This document shows positions 1 to 14,244 of a DNA stretch of 64,000 nucleotides, piece by piece (position 1 is the first letter of the stretch; every line of letters starts with the position of its first letter). The notes beneath the pieces were generated by a model. That model was given only the letters and a program-made list of their open reading frames with translations, made no database searches and had not been told where the DNA came from. The position numbers and the translations under genes were made by a program. The stretch is taken from assembly GCF_963921235.1 (NCBI RefSeq), contig NC_086097.1:69194001-69258000 (forward strand), given 5' to 3'. This DNA comes from Mobula hypostoma (Eukaryota).

Positions 1-1857
1 GGTATCGTATTTTTAAGTAACAGACATACCACTTCAGACAAAAATAAAAAGGATGTTTCCATTGTTTGAGTTGACAATTAACATTGTTGTCCACAATCCA
101 GGAACTGGTATTACTTAAACATTGCAAGGAGTTGAAATAAAGACCTGGTTGCCAATGTTAGAAAACAATTAAGGAAAATGGATCACAAACTCTTAAGATT
201 TGCTTCTCAAATGATTTATTTACTATAATACATTGCAGATGATGTCAAAATCTTAAGAGTTTTCAAACCAGTTCCACTGAGCAAATAACAACACAGAGCA
301 ATTGAGTTATTTTCATAGTTAACTAGCACCCAACCCTACACAAAACAAACACTAGCAGCAGAATGTGTACCAACTGATTAATAATTTTCTGAAAGGAAAT
401 TATCTGCAATGTTTGACAGTTAATGAACTGAAGTAGAATTGATGCTCTTCAAACAGTCAGCTTCCCCACGTTCACATCATTCAGCTCACCAATTTATTTT
501 ACAGTAAGATTTTATGAAAACTTACAACACAATGAAATAAACAAAACATTTTCTAAAAGCAGAATCATTTTACATCAAATAGGTACCGATTCAAAAGAAA
601 ATGGTGCTTTTAAAATAAGATATTGCTCCACATATGTAGTTTGCACAAAAAGAACTAAAACAAATCTAATTAAGTTTTAGTAGAAGGTACCACAAGTAGT
701 AATATGAATACAAGTTTGACAAAATTATAAAACTGTTGTGTGTAATTGGCAATACCGAAAATATTTATTGCTATGTTAGCAATATTTGACAGGTTACTTG
801 CTAGGGTCACATTAAAATGAGTTAACAGAAAAAGTCATACTTAAAGCTATTTAATACACCATCTTTATTGCAAACACAACATGTGAAAGCTGTATAATTG
901 AAAATTATGGAAAGATTTACAATCTCTTATGAAAAATGACTTTTATGTACACCAGATATTCTTCCGCTCCATCCCAAAGAGGAAATGTATTTCTAAAAAT
1001 GTGTAGGATAAGGTACAAGACCAACCAGGAATTAAACACATGCATTACTTTCCAACAATTAAGGATACTATAAAACGTTTACATTTTATCCTTTAAATGA
1101 AACAAATGTAATAAGACATAAGATAAAACTGCAGTAATTTTACGCTCAGTTTCTGTTTTCTCCTGAACTGATCTTTGTGCTGTTGGTCATTAAAATAAGT
1201 GGATTCTTCCCATAACAAAGAACTACCACAGCTCTATTACCAGTAAACATAAGGTGCAGTAGACATTATGTCTTTTACACAGCACCTGGCAATTTTTCTT
1301 AAAACTACATTTTCAGAAGCAGTGCAAATGTTGGGAGGCTGCTATAATGACAGTATTTCCATCTACCCACCCACACAAATTTGTCAAGGACACAAACACA
1401 ATGACTTTCAAAACAGCACAAATAAAAAGTCAAATCCAGTCAAACAGATGAGTTTTTTTTTTAACATTGTTGGCTGAGAAATATATTTGACTTCATTTTA
1501 TACAATTTAGTGTATACATAAACTCTTATTCACAACTGTCAAAAAGTTTGTGAAGGAAACAACCACTACAGAATCCACATAAATTCTCAAGATTGCTTTT
1601 CTTTCATGCAGCAAGTGGAATGTATTTATTGCAGCCAGTTTGTTTTGTCGACAGTAATTTTAGAAATCCCATTAATATGCACACTTAAATTTGTTTCCTT
1701 TGGAAAGTGAGGAATGCTGGACTGATCTTAAAGCAACGCTGCTATTATAGCTTGCAAATGCATAACCTTTTGAGGTTTTCCACATGTTTGAAACTGGACT
1801 TAAAATACCCAGTTTGGTAACAATGTCTTATAGTAATAACGTCAGTTCCTATTTTGC
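1..1857 (-). other. ARHGAP5: ARHGAP5 3' UTR (3' end not determined; may run past the window edge)
   Basis: Follows the stop codon. AT-rich with no recognisable transposon fragments. Several minus-strand AATAAA (e.g. near 215, 495, 764, 865, 1625). Confidence 0.65.
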
Positions 1858-2170
1858 TCATATAACATTAAGTTGATCTGTTTGCATCTCCGATGGGAAC
1901 GACTGAGATGTTGGCTGTGGTGGTGGTGGCAACGATGGCAGTGGTAACAACGGTTCTACCAACTGACCTGTACAAGGTGCCCCAGGAGGGTTGAATGTCT
2001 CTACAATATCCCCATTGTAAAAGAGGAACTGGCATTGTTGAATAAATGTCTCAATTGCAGATTGATTGACTGCAGCATTGGTAAGAGCATCTGGTCTCAA
2101 GAACGTAGGCCAAAAACAAATGGCTAGATTATCTGCCACCATCCGATTTGTTTTGCTCTGTTGACTAACT
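1858..2170 (-). CDS. ARHGAP5: ARHGAP5 last coding exon: end of RhoGAP domain and proline-rich tail, TGA stop
   Basis: Acceptor tgttgcag|A. Encodes VSQQSKTNRMVADNLAICFWPTFLRPD...ETFIQQCQFLFYNGDIVE...QTDQLNVI*. Joined CDS length 4488 is divisible by 3. Confidence 0.95.
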
Positions 2171-2789
2171 CTGCAACACAACAAATGCACAAGAACAAGT
2201 CAGATTAGTTTTCAGATTAAATAGATAACTAATACTTCAACCTGAGTTCTTCCAGCAGATTGTTTGTTCTCTAGATTCCAATATCTGCAGTCTCGTGTCT
2301 CGACAATAAACTTAGGTTTCCAACAGTATTCATATTTACCATTGTAATGGTTTTAAACATTCAACATTAGTAAGCAATTTTCTAAGCATTGTGCCTAATT
2401 TCAATTAACCTTGGTATTTTAGAAAGGATCCAGAAAATTTCATATTAAAGGCATTTTTTTAAAACTCAACTGTATAACTAAATCCAGTAATTGTACAGGC
2501 CAACAGAAACATAAATACTATTCTGTAACACTTGTTTAAGTCCTTTTATGCAGATCAGAGCTAGTAATTATAGAAGCTATAGCAGGGATATTATTCAAAA
2601 ATATTGGATGTGGAAAATACAACAAAATTTTGAAAACACTAAGGTGAACAGGTACATATTTAGCACCCATGTTGCCAAATGAAACATGGAACAACAGAAG
2701 CTTGTCCAGATAGATCCACTTACAATGTAAAGTATATGTAACTATTGAAGTAGCTCCAGCATGTGGTGTCCCATTACCACTAGTATCCA

Positions 2790-3115
2790 TAAGACATAGA
2801 AGTAGAATTAGGCCATTCAGCCTATCAAGTCTGTTCCACCAATCCATAATGGCTGATTTAATATCCCTCTCAACCCTTTTCTCCTGCCCTCTCCTAGTAA
2901 CCCTCGATACCCCTACTGATCAAGAACTTTCAATCAATGCTTTAAATATGCCCAATGACTTGGCTTCCACGCCTTTTGTAGCAATGACTTCCACAGATTC
3001 ACCATCTTCTGGCTAAAGAAGTCCCTCTGTTCTAAAGGAGTATCCTCTATTCTGAGACTGTGCCCTCTGATCCTAGACTCACCCAATACAGGAAACATCC
3101 TCTCTATCATGCTGG
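2790..3115 (-). mobile_element. CR1-type LINE 3' fragment
   Basis: Remnant peptide RMFPVLGESRIRGHSLRI...FFSQKMVNLWKSL (CR1 ORF2 C-terminus) followed by a 3' UTR hairpin. Confidence 0.8.
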
Positions 3116-4402
3116 ACTTGCAGTGGAAATTCAGTTCATGAGCATTCCCACTGCACTTATGGTGAAGCCAGTTTGAAGGCGTTCTGGACAAAAGCAAGTA
3201 GGATAACGTTTGTATCCAGCCTTCATTTCTTACTTGGAGCTGTAAGGTATCATTGGAACCCTCAAATCTGCTGTTCTATACCATTATTATCTAAAGCCAA
3301 TTTTTCCAGAAAGCTGAATTTAACGTCATAATCAAGCCAAGTGCGTACACATTGTACCTGCCTTTTACTGCGTTTTTAACATTGCTCTGGATTCTTTTGG
3401 GTTTTGATACCACACTACTTGGATCTATCTGAGCAACAAAATTATTCAAAACCTTTTCATTTTCAGTACCAGAACAAATCTGTTTCCATCACTTCGTTGT
3501 TAAAAAATTAATTCATTTTCTAAAGCTACAACCTACTTGTTTAGAGCAGTCATCTCTGCATTTTGTAATTATCCAAGTCTTCAGTTAAAACTGCATGTAA
3601 CATTGGTTCATTGAAGATTAAGTATAAGATTCTTGTGCAGATTTTCTCTTTGGTGGGAATTAAAACCACAAAAAAAGGTACTAATGGCAATTCGTTAAAT
3701 ACTTGACAGATTGGGGATAATACATTTTCTAAGGATGGAATGAAGCATAGAATGAATCATGCCTTATTAAGTTTAAGAAATACCCTCCTTTTGAAGTTTC
3801 CATCCATTTAGTATTAGGAGCCAAAACAATTACTGCATTTTGGATTTGGGGGAAAAATGGTCAAGAAGTCTTGTGCATGTTTTACAGCACTGAATCATCT
3901 GCACAACAAATGATTCAGTCAAGGGTGAAAGAAATGTGATTCAACAATAAATACCTGCTATTTCAGGTATTAGGCCCTACTCACATCCTGGTTCACAGCC
4001 TAAGAACTATTAGACAGACACACATTTCCCTAATTCATAAATAAAACCAGATTTTCCAACTGTGAAAGTATAATGTCAGCATGCCAAATAAGTGAATTAG
4101 GCCATTAGCTGTAACTCACTGTCCCCCGTTGGCACCCAAGGTTAAAGCGTAGTTCCCCTTGCAATGGAATAATAGCATATTTCAAAATCCTGCTTGGATA
4201 CAAATTATTAGGGTCAATTCCTCTTTAAAATTTATGCAAGATGATATAACTAACCTGTTGCCAGACACTCAATGCAATGAGATGAGTTAGGTTTTTCTGG
4301 TTCATGTTCATACAAATGCTTATATCAATATTTGTTATTTACAAAAAAAATCCATTAATTGCATTTTAAATATTTGCAGATATCCACAAGTTCAAACTAA
4401 GG

Positions 4403-4472
4403 TATGCAATGCCTAATTAGTGGGTATTATAAATATGCAACGCCTAATTAGTGGGTATTATAAATATGCAAC
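4403..4472. repeat. 31-bp tandem duplication (about 2.3 copies)
   Basis: tatgcaaYgcctaattagtgggtattataaa twice, then tatgcaac. Confidence 0.9.
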
Positions 4473-5574
4473 AACTACAATACAGATTGCTGGACAAAGG
4501 GTGGAACCGAAACTTGATCAATCCTTTCCCATCTTCCATGTTGCCTCTTTACACCAAGGCAATGTGTCTCAAGAGAGTTCCAGGTCTTGCATGCAACTGA
4601 AAATTCTTTACTGTTGCTACAGCAACTCAATGCTACTTGGTAATTCATAATGAAGAATGGATATTCCAGATGTTTTATAGACCGTGCATGTGTATACATA
4701 AGCAAAAGATAGATGCCAATTAATTTTGGCTGCACAGACCATTCACTTTTACCCCAGCAGCAAAAGGGTCATTTACCACCAAGTTTTAGTGTTACTTACT
4801 TAGAAAATATTGTTGTTGTGAGAATATGGACTTTAAGTAAGAACTTAAACAACAATGGGATATGCATAAGTACTTTACATAGTGGGGAAAGCATACAGTT
4901 CTTTATCAGTTATTTGATGATGTCGGTGGGGTCAGAGAAATGCAGTCAACAAGTTCTAATTACAATACAATTAGAAAACCATTATATTTTCCAACTGGTG
5001 GTTTCTTATTACTGAGTAACATGGCTGAGCAATGGAGTGGGAGGATCTCAGCAGGTCCTAGCAAGCAACATCTATGGAGGGAAATTAACAGTCAACATTT
5101 TGGACCTAGATCCTTCATCTGGATTGGAAAGGAAGGGAACAGATGCCAGGAAAAAAAAGGGTGAAAGAGTAGTTCCCCCTAATCTGCATTAGGTTTCAAC
5201 AATGTAGAGGAGGGTGAACCAGATGCAATGACTTGCATGCACTGCCTCACCTGGAAAAACTGTATTGGGCCTTGAATGTGGTGAGGGGGAGGTGTAGAGG
5301 CAGGTGCATCACAGTGGCAGGCACAAGTGCCAGGACAGAGATCGGTAGGGAGGGACTAAGAACACCACTTTGGAGTAAAGTGCCTGAGAATGTTTGGACT
5401 ATGCATTCTCCACTACATACCGGAAAAACAATACCTCTAAATATTTCCTTCCAACTTCCTAATTCAGACACATAAGTCAACTAATCATCAGAAAAACAAA
5501 AACATGTCAAGAACGGAGTTGGGTTCAAAAGATTCATCCAGAACACTGTGGAACTGTATCCTTGTTATATTATT

Positions 5575-6782
5575 GAGTTTAGAAGAACGGTGGGGGGGCA
5601 GGGGGATAGAGATCTTACTGAAACCTATCGAATATTGAAAGGCCGAGATAGTGGACATTGAGAGGATATTTCCAATAGTGGGGTGGGGGGATGTCTCGGA
5701 GCAGAGGGCACAGCCTCAGAATATAAAACATACATGTAGAATAGAAATGAGGAGGAATTTTCTTTGGCCAGAGAGTGATGAATCTGTGGAATTCTTTGCC
5801 ACGAATGTGGAGGTCAAGTCATCGGGTATATTCAAAGTGGAGGTTGAAAGGTTCTTGAGTAGTAAGAGTGTCAAAGTTACAGGGATAAGGAAAGACAATG
5901 GGGTTGAGAAGGAAAATAAAGCAGCCATGATGGAATGGTGGAGAAAACTCAATGGGCCGAATGGCATGTCAGCTACATTTTATGGTCTTATTAAGATGAA
6001 TAATAAAGGTTTTCCAATCAAATTGTTGACAAGCAATTAGAGCAAAATAATTACTCCATTCACCATTATGCAAATTGAGAGTCAACACTCAAAAAGAAAT
6101 TTTGCTGCATCTTTGTGAATATTTCCTATGGTGATCGTGTGGATGGTCAGAAGCTTTTTCCCAGGGCTGAAATAGTTGCCACAAGAGGGCACAGATTTAA
6201 GGTGCTTGGGAGTAGGTACAGAGGAGATGTCGGGGTAAGTTTTTTCACGCAGAGTGGTGAGTGTGTGGAATGGACTGCCGGCAACGGTGGTGGAGGCGGA
6301 TACGATAGGGTCTTTTAAGAGACTTTTGGATAGGTACATGGAGCTTAGAAAAATAGAGGGCTATGGGTAGCCCGAGTAATTTCTAAAGTAGGAACATGTT
6401 CGGCACAACTTCGTGGGCTGAAGGGCCTGTATTTGTGCTGTAGGTTTTCTATGTTTCTATATTTCAATGAGAGTGTCTAAGACCAGAGAACATAGACTTA
6501 AAATAGAAGGGCATCATTTTAGAATGGAGATAAGAAATTTTTTGAGCCAGAGTAGTGAATCTGTGGAATTCATTGCCATAGGCAGCTTTGGAGGCCAAGT
6601 CTTTATGTATATTTACGGCAGAGGCTGCTAGATTCTTGATTGGTCAGGACATGAAAGGGTACGAGGGGAGAGAATGCAGGAGTTCGAGGCTGAGGGGAAA
6701 AATGGATCAGCCACAATGAAATGGTGGAACAGACTCAATGGGCCAAATGGCCTAACTGTGCTCCCATATCTTTTGGTCTTAT
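5575..6782 (+). mobile_element. Cluster of three CR1 LINE 3'-end fragments (~5575-5990, ~6120-6460, ~6465-6782)
   Basis: Repeated motifs such as DRVDGQKLFPRAEIVATRGHRFKV, ...RVVNLWNSL-like segments and GGGCCGAAGGGCCT-type 3' UTRs. Confidence 0.8.
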
Positions 6783-6937
6783 ACAGTTGCAATTCTTATC
6801 ATGCTCCCACGATAAGGACATATTTTACTTCTCTAACAGAGTCAAGTTAAATCCTTATAAGTGTTGCATGTTGATTCTGACATCTACACTACAAAACTAA
6901 CTTCAATGATTACTATTCAAGTAGACTTTTAACCTAC

Positions 6938-7043
6938 CTGTTGAGATGGGCAATGATATACTTGAAAACCCCATAATTTACTGCAGGAAATTTTTTCAAT
7001 AATTCCTTAAAACCATTCAGTTTTTCTGACAAATCAACCAGTC
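6938..7043 (-). CDS. ARHGAP5: ARHGAP5 exon 6 (106 nt), RhoGAP domain
   Basis: Acceptor ttttaatcttgcag|GA, donor AACAG|gtaggt. Encodes (R)[34 protein letters not shown](R); phase 1 to 2. Confidence 0.95.
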
Positions 7044-7587
7044 CTGCAAGATTAAAAAAAAAAAATCTTTTTACACCTTCACCATTTACTAACTTCTTCA
7101 GCAAATATAATAAATATCCAATCAGTCAATTCTAATATAAAATTTTATTGGTGCTTTCAATTTTTGGGCAAAGAGTAGATAAGCAATCAACTATACAACT
7201 CTTGCCTAGCAACATTTTTATTCCATCAATATATTCCTCATGCATCAAGACAATTTATATGCAGAGTCTCAATAAGAGAAAAAAAATTCTAGGAGTAATA
7301 AATCTGGGGACAGACATATGCGTCATGTCAATTTCTACCCAATCCTGCACCTTGTGAGGTGCATTCTAACCTTCTTTCCTGCCTAAAGGTGATAATGCTG
7401 GAACTGGAATCAAGCAATTTACATGCCAGAAAAGATGCCCTGTACGCAGAGGATGACTTGCCAAGGCAAAGGAAAACCCTTGCTACTTATATACAATGAC
7501 TAAAATGTGAAACTTTCAGTGAACAACAGTTGAATTTTTCAGTCAACTTCATTTGCTTAAAAGAATAAAAACTATTATTTTACTTAC

Positions 7588-7719
7588 TGGCTGCTTCCAA
7601 CAGCTCTGAATGCAAATTATAAGGAATTAGTGGTTCAGGCAAATCAGAAAAGAAAGCTTTAAGGGCTCCTGCCACAGCATTAACAGTCACATCCATTGCT
7701 ACAAGGTCAATATTGTGAT
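7588..7719 (-). CDS. ARHGAP5: ARHGAP5 exon 5 (132 nt), RhoGAP domain
   Basis: Acceptor ccatttag|AT, donor GCCA|gtaagt. Encodes (D)[43 protein letters not shown]; phase 1 to 1. Confidence 0.96.
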
Positions 7720-8559
7720 CTAAATGGCAGAGAAAACAAGGGGGAAAAAGTGGCTCATGTTATTACACAATGCTATTATATATGGCATTAGTACTGACAA
7801 TTTCACATTAAAGTGCAACTTGTACATCATCAAGATATTTACTTTAACTTTAAAATAAAGATATAATAAAGTTCTTCAGTGAATTAGTATTAAGGTAAAA
7901 GTAAATTCTCATTTTCTGAGCATCTGATTTAAGACATAAGCAACATCATCTGTAAGCAATTGAAGTGAAATATGCAAAAAAGCAATCCTCACTGATGGAG
8001 ATCAGCAAAGCAAATAACAATGCTACAAGAATCAAAATCAATATAGGTTTTCAAAAGTCTTATGTCAGTTCCTCAAATAAATGATCTAAACTGAGATTAA
8101 AATAATGGATTTAATAGGAACCACGGTACCAAAGATGGTATAATTTTGCGGATTAATTGAAAAATGTAGTAAATGGAAAACCCAAGGTTATAATTTCAGC
8201 ATAACCCCATTTAAACACTTGAAATATTACACTATCCTCAAGCTATGCTCATTTAAAATCAGTTACCATGTCAAGTGAGAGAAAATAAAATTAAAATTTT
8301 ATCACCAAGCAACAATGCAACCCCAAAGTGGATAGCAACCCCATAAACACAAAACCACTGAGCTAATTTCTTTGGATTTTGACGGTACAAATTTATGTAA
8401 TAATTAGGAGAGATTTGTTTCCCAGGGAAAATACACAGAGAAATAAAGTTTTGTGTTTGATAACAGAATAATGGGTAGGGATTGATACAAGGGATATAAT
8501 CCGAAATGAACTTGACTATTGTTTCAGATGTACAGAATTTGTTTATTTTTATTTAGAGA

Positions 8560-8832
8560 TACATTGTGGAACAGGCACTTCTGGCCCAATGTGCCACACT
8601 ACCCAACACCCCACCTATTTAACATGAGTCTAATCACAGGAAAATTTATAATGACCAATTAACCTACTAACAGGTACCTCTTGGGCTGTGGGAGGAAAGC
8701 AGAGTACCCAGAGGAAACCCATGCACTCACAGGAAGGATGCACAAAATTCCTAATGAGGACACCAGAACTGAACTCAAACTCCGACGCACGACCTGTAAT
8801 AGCGTTGCACTAACCGCTATGTTACCATGGTG
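8560..8832 (-). mobile_element. V-domain SINE (HE1-like)
   Basis: Reverse complement contains the V-SINE core CCTTCCTGTGAGTGCATGGGTTTCCTCTGGGTACTCTGCTTTCCTCCCACA. Confidence 0.75.
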
Positions 8833-9404
8833 CGTGTTGTGGTATTCAAGTACATAATTACAATCTTGCTGGAATGAAATTGTACTGATGTTTACAGGCA
8901 TGACAAAATTGTGTGCATTTGTGCACATTTTATGCAAATCACAATAGTGATATAACTGATTTCCTGTGACTAAATTTGTCTTCACTGTTCAGTAAGTAAA
9001 TCTACCCACTTAACTTTGATTTAATTAAAATTGTGGCAATTTCTATAAATAATGAACCAACTGCCGGATTAACACCTAATTTTTTGTCACGTGGTCTATA
9101 GAATTATCAACTATTTATGCATATTGTTTCTGAAATAATTCTATAGTTGAATTTAAGATATTAAAAAGTTTAGTTATAATTTGATAATTCACACATGCAA
9201 AATATTTTCATAAGATTTTTAAAAAATAATTTTTGAAATGTTTCAAAAAAGATACATTATATTCCTAATTATGTAAAATTCAACCCAACAACCATGAAAA
9301 TGGTTAGAAAGATGATGCAATCAGCATAAATTAAGCATAATCTGTTTAAACACTAGCACGTAAAATAGTACAGCACAGAAAGATGCCCTTCAAAACACAA
9401 TGTT

Positions 9405-10148
9405 GTTCAAAGTACATTTACTGGTAATGTATACTATATACAACATTGAGATTTGTCTTCTTACTGGCAGCCACAAAACAAAGAAACACAATAGAAGCCA
9501 TTAAAAAACACCAGATAACAAAGACTGTCAAACAACTAATGTGCAAAAAAGAACAAATCATGCACACAATAAAAAAGTAAACAAGTAAGACGCAGACCAT
9601 GAACCAGAGTTCCCGAATTAGTTCATCATTGCAGCAGGTCTGGGAGCGATGGCTGCAGACCACAGCTATAGTCAATAAAGCGCTGATGTGAGTGAGCAGA
9701 TCGAGGAGCTTGAAGGCTACAGGCCACAGCTGCAGAGTCAGTACAGCACTCAGAAGTAAACCTCACAGAGTGAGCTGAACAATGGTATGTCCTTCACCAT
9801 CGGCCTTAACCTTTTTAATCTGGCTCGGTACTTAAACTGGCCAAACATCAGCTCATTTTTTGCTCTCACACCTGGGATCCGCTGCTTCGATCTAACTCGA
9901 AATTCGCTCCAACAACGGCCACCACAGCCGTACCTGCATCATCAAAAGTCCAATTCGCTGAATCCTTCAGGATACCGCAAAAATGCCAAGTCATACAGAT
10001 GGCTGAAAAGCACAACTTCCAAAGGAAAATTACAGGCTGCAGATTGCATTGATTATTGTTCAGAAAAAGTGTAATTAACAGAATAGTTAGTAGTTTTGTT
10101 TGCTGCCTGCAAACGTCACCATGTTGCGCCAGCACCATTTTTAAGCCA
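9405..10148 (-). mobile_element. Non-coding retroelement, copy 1 of an unnamed family
   Basis: Shares its 5' start (AAAATGGTGCTG), an internal ATGTTTGG..TTTAAG motif and a ~130-nt 3' tail with 36170-37025 and 37680-38545. Confidence 0.6.
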
Positions 10149-10169
10149 AATTAATTTAATTAGTGATGA

Positions 10170-11110
10170 AATGCTCAACTGAACTAATCCCTTTTGCCTA
10201 TACAATGTCCATATCCTTCCATTCATTCACATTTCAAGACCCTCATCTTCACCTCTGTCATATTTTGCTCCACCACCACCCCAGGCAGCACATTGCAGGC
10301 ACCCACCACTGTGTTTTAAAACTTTCCCCTTCACCTTAAATGCATGCCCTACAGTATTAGCATCTTTTTCCCTCAGTGTTGAAATACCTGAAGTGTCCAC
10401 TCTATGTCTCTCAAAATCTTATAAACCTCTTTCAGATCTCCCCTCAGTCTCCACTTCTCCAGAAAAAAAACACAAGTTTACCCAACCTCTTCTTGTCCTC
10501 TCATCCACGTAGCATCCTGATAAACCTCTTCGGCACCTTCTCCAAAGGCATTCGCACATCATTCTGATAATGGAGCAACAGAACTAAAAAGATGCTGCCT
10601 AACTAGAATTTCATAAAGACTTAACATGTCTTCCTGATTCCTAAATTTCAATTCGTTAACTAATAAAGGCAGGCATGCTGTATGCCTCCCTTTACCACCC
10701 TATCAACCGGTGTAGCCATTTTCAGGGAGCTATGATGTTGGACTCCAAAACCCTCTGCAGTTCAATACTGTTAAGGGTCTTGTTCAAGCCACTATGTTTG
10801 ATCTTCCAAAGTGCAACATCTCACATTTTGCCAGGTTAAAATGCATCTGCAATTTCTGCCCCCTAGAGCCTGCAGCATCCTCGAGCAGCTTTCTATGTTA
10901 TCTCTACACCATCAACCTTTGCATCACTGTAAAAATACTAGCCCACCCACCTACATTTTTATCCAGGTTATTTTTCTGTCATATCAACAGCAAAGAAGTC
11001 AGTACGGATCCCTGAGGAACACCACGTGTCAAAGACCTCCAGGCTACCTCAGTCCCACTGACCATTACACTCTGTCTTCTCTGGGTAAGCCAATTATGAA
11101 TCCAATTCTG
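10170..11110 (-). mobile_element. Decayed CR1 LINE (RT to 3' end)
   Basis: Antisense CR1 RT-region motifs (ccaaagtgcaacatctcacattt, gatccctgaggaacaccac). Confidence 0.7.
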
Positions 11111-11679
11111 TTCCAATGTGTTTTATTCTTCTGTTTACTGAATGCTTGTAGAAAAAAAATAATAAATGGGAGTTACAAAAGTGGCTCATTATGGATTAGA
11201 GGATGCAGTGGAGAACGAGTTGAATTGCCACTTGTCAAAATTTCCAATTTCAACTATACAATAGAATGACAACCAGAATTATCCCTGCCATCGGAATGGG
11301 AAACAAAAAAATTGAAATGTCATTCTTACCAATTTAATCTTGGGATTCTAACAACAGATTTGCAGTTATAATCAACTTGACACTTGACATTCCATCTTTT
11401 TCATATGATGGTCTGTTTGAAATTTTCATCTTTGAACACTTATTATTAAACCCTTGTTTACAACAATGGGATGAAAACTCATTTTGCATGTAGGTTTCAT
11501 AAAAAGTGATGGGTGGCCAACAATTAATTGATAATTGGTTTATTGTCACATGCTCTGATATAGCAGAAAAAACTTTGCCTTACATGTCATACGTACAGAT
11601 AATTTCAAAACCCAAGCACATTAAAGAAATACAAGGGAAAAGGGGTAACAGGACACTAAATACTGGGTGTCTCAGTAGC

Positions 11680-11870
11680 ATAGCATTTAGCATAATACTA
11701 CTGCAACGCCTCAATTCTGCCATTGTCAATAAGGCGTTTGGACACAACTGCGTGAGTTTCAGTTTCCTCCCACATTCCAGAAAAGTATGGGTTAGGTTAA
11801 TTGGTCACATGGGTATATTTGGACGGCACAGGCTCATCATCCAGAAGGGCCCGTTAGCAAGATGTAGCTC
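11680..11870 (+). mobile_element. Degenerate V-SINE
   Basis: gtttcctcccacattccagaaaagtatgggttaggttaattggtcac core. Confidence 0.55.
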
Positions 11871-12509
11871 ATAAATAGTGTTACAGTTAGAGAAAGCACA
11901 GTGCAGGTGAACAATAAGGCTCAAAGGTCAAGTCAAGGTAAATCATAAGGTCAAAAGTTCATCAATATCATACAAGTGGTCCATTCAATAGTCTTACCAC
12001 GAAATTAGGGCTGTTCATGGCCATGACACAGATTTTGTGTTTTTCTCTCACATGCTGACAAACTGGGATATTTATTTAAAAAAAAAACAAGATTGTCCAT
12101 CTGATATAGGTCCCACTTTAATTTTGTAACTTGCAAAAGCAGGGAAATGCAGTATGATACATTTACATGTCAAAATACCAAGTTGCACAAACTTTTGTTC
12201 TTCTAACTTTGTACATAGTACGCTTATCAAAAGTTCCTTCACATTAGATACATTGCAAAGATCTTCAGACCATTTTTTTAGGCCAGGCAAGAACTGGGTC
12301 CAGAGTGAATTTAGAGTAACTGCTTCCCAAAGGCCAAGTTCTCAACAATCCTAAAGCTTTGCTGCTGCGACCACTTTGTAAAGTATGGTGAGCCACAAAT
12401 GGTGATTAAGACCACCTTGATTCATTCTGAGAATGTGTACTGTCATAAAGCTTTTCATTGTTTCTAAATCTAATGATTAGTTATAACTCCTACTCCTCCA
12501 TCTAAATAC

Positions 12510-13515
12510 ACCACTGTGCAACTGGATGTTGGACTTCTGAACCAACAGACCTCAGATAATCAGGATGTACAATCACTCCTCCCCCTCCCAATCTTCCTCA
12601 ACATAGGTGCCCCCTCCCCCCAGTGCTGTGTGCTGAACCCACTATCACATTATCAAGCTTGCCGATGACACGGCACAGCAGTGATGAGGTTCATCAAACA
12701 ACGATGAGACTGCCTACAGAGAGGAGGTGGAAGAGCTAAAGGACTGGTGCCAGGTAAATAACCTCTTCCTCAATGTCAACAAGACAAAGGAGATGGTTAT
12801 CGACTTCAGAAGAACTTGAACTACTCACATTCTCTTACATTAGCAGCAGTGAGTAATTTCAAACTCCTGGGAGGGAGGGCACATCTCGTGGTCTCAGAAA
12901 ACATTCTGCACAGTCAGGAAAGCTCATTAGCGCCTCTACTTTCTGAGGAGGTTCAAGAGAGCTGAATTATGCACATCTATATTCATACCACTCTACAAAT
13001 GCACAGTAGAGAGCATCCTAACATGTTGCATCACTGCATGGTATGAAAATTGCAGGGGACAGAAGACTCTACAATGGGTAGTCAAAACTGCCCAATGCAT
13101 CACTGGCATCGGCCTACCCACCATCAAGGACACATACACAGAAAGGTGCCAGAAAAGGGCCAGCAACATCCTTAATGATCCCACCCATCCTACTCATGGG
13201 CTGCCTGCCCCACTCCCATCAAGAAGGAGGCTACATAACATCTTCACCAGGACCTCTAAACTCAAAAACAGTTATTTTCCTCAAGTAGGAAGGCTGATCA
13301 ACACCATCAATCAACTTGCCCCTCCAAACCCTCCACCACCACTACTATATCATTTCCTGTCAATTTAGACACTTAAGTGTCTAGCATCACTTCATGGACA
13401 TACAATTAATGTACACAAGCTTTCATACTTATTATGCTTCTTGTGTTATTTTTATTATTGTGTTCTTTATCTTATTGCATTACTTTTTGTGTTGCATCAA
13501 ATCCGGAGTAACGAA
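12510..13515 (+). mobile_element. Rex1/Babar-type LINE 3' portion, decayed
   Basis: WMLDF.TNRPQ, KLADDT, LNVNKTKEMVIDFRR, QRLYFLRR-like and VESILTCCITAWY remnants. Confidence 0.8.
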
Positions 13516-14244
13516 TACTGAGCAACAACTGAAAACTATTAAAATAAACACTGGAGTCATCAGCTAAGAAGATGCATGCATAGTTGATTGGCACTCAGAC
13601 CCACATTCAATCCAGTGCCCAGGGACAGAGGGGAAGGTTGGTTGCGAAATATCTACCTCCAGCACTTTCCTTAATCCTGCAAAAGTTAAGAATATACTTC
13701 ATGTGCACATTATAGTTAACTGGCGGTGTCGAGTCATCTGCAAGCAGTGTACAAGCAAGAAGAATACATTTCTTAAGACTTAATAACCAACAGAAAGTAG
13801 TATTATCAATATGAATATGATTAATCAGCATGATTATAGCTGATCTAATCTTAGCCTCAATTCAACTTTCCTGCCTGTCCCCAATCCCCCTCAATTTTAA
13901 AAGCCCTAAGCCCCAAATGCAACCTCTTCTCTACAGCTGTTCCGGTAGGTAATTTCAAAGATAGCCAATCTTCAGATGAAATTCCTCCTCACCCAGTATT
14001 AAATGTGAAATCCTTAATCTGCACCCCTTAGTTGTAGCATGGGTTCTTCCTAAAAGGCAAATATCCACTCAGCATCTACTTAGTAAGCCTCCTTGCGATT
14101 TATTGTTTCAACAGTATCACATATTATTCTTCTAAACTATAATGAATATCATCTCCAAGTGTTCAACCTTTCCTCATGAGCTATCCCCTTCATCCAAACA
14201 ATACTTCCCTGAACAACCTCTAATGCAAGTCATGGTGTCATGCA

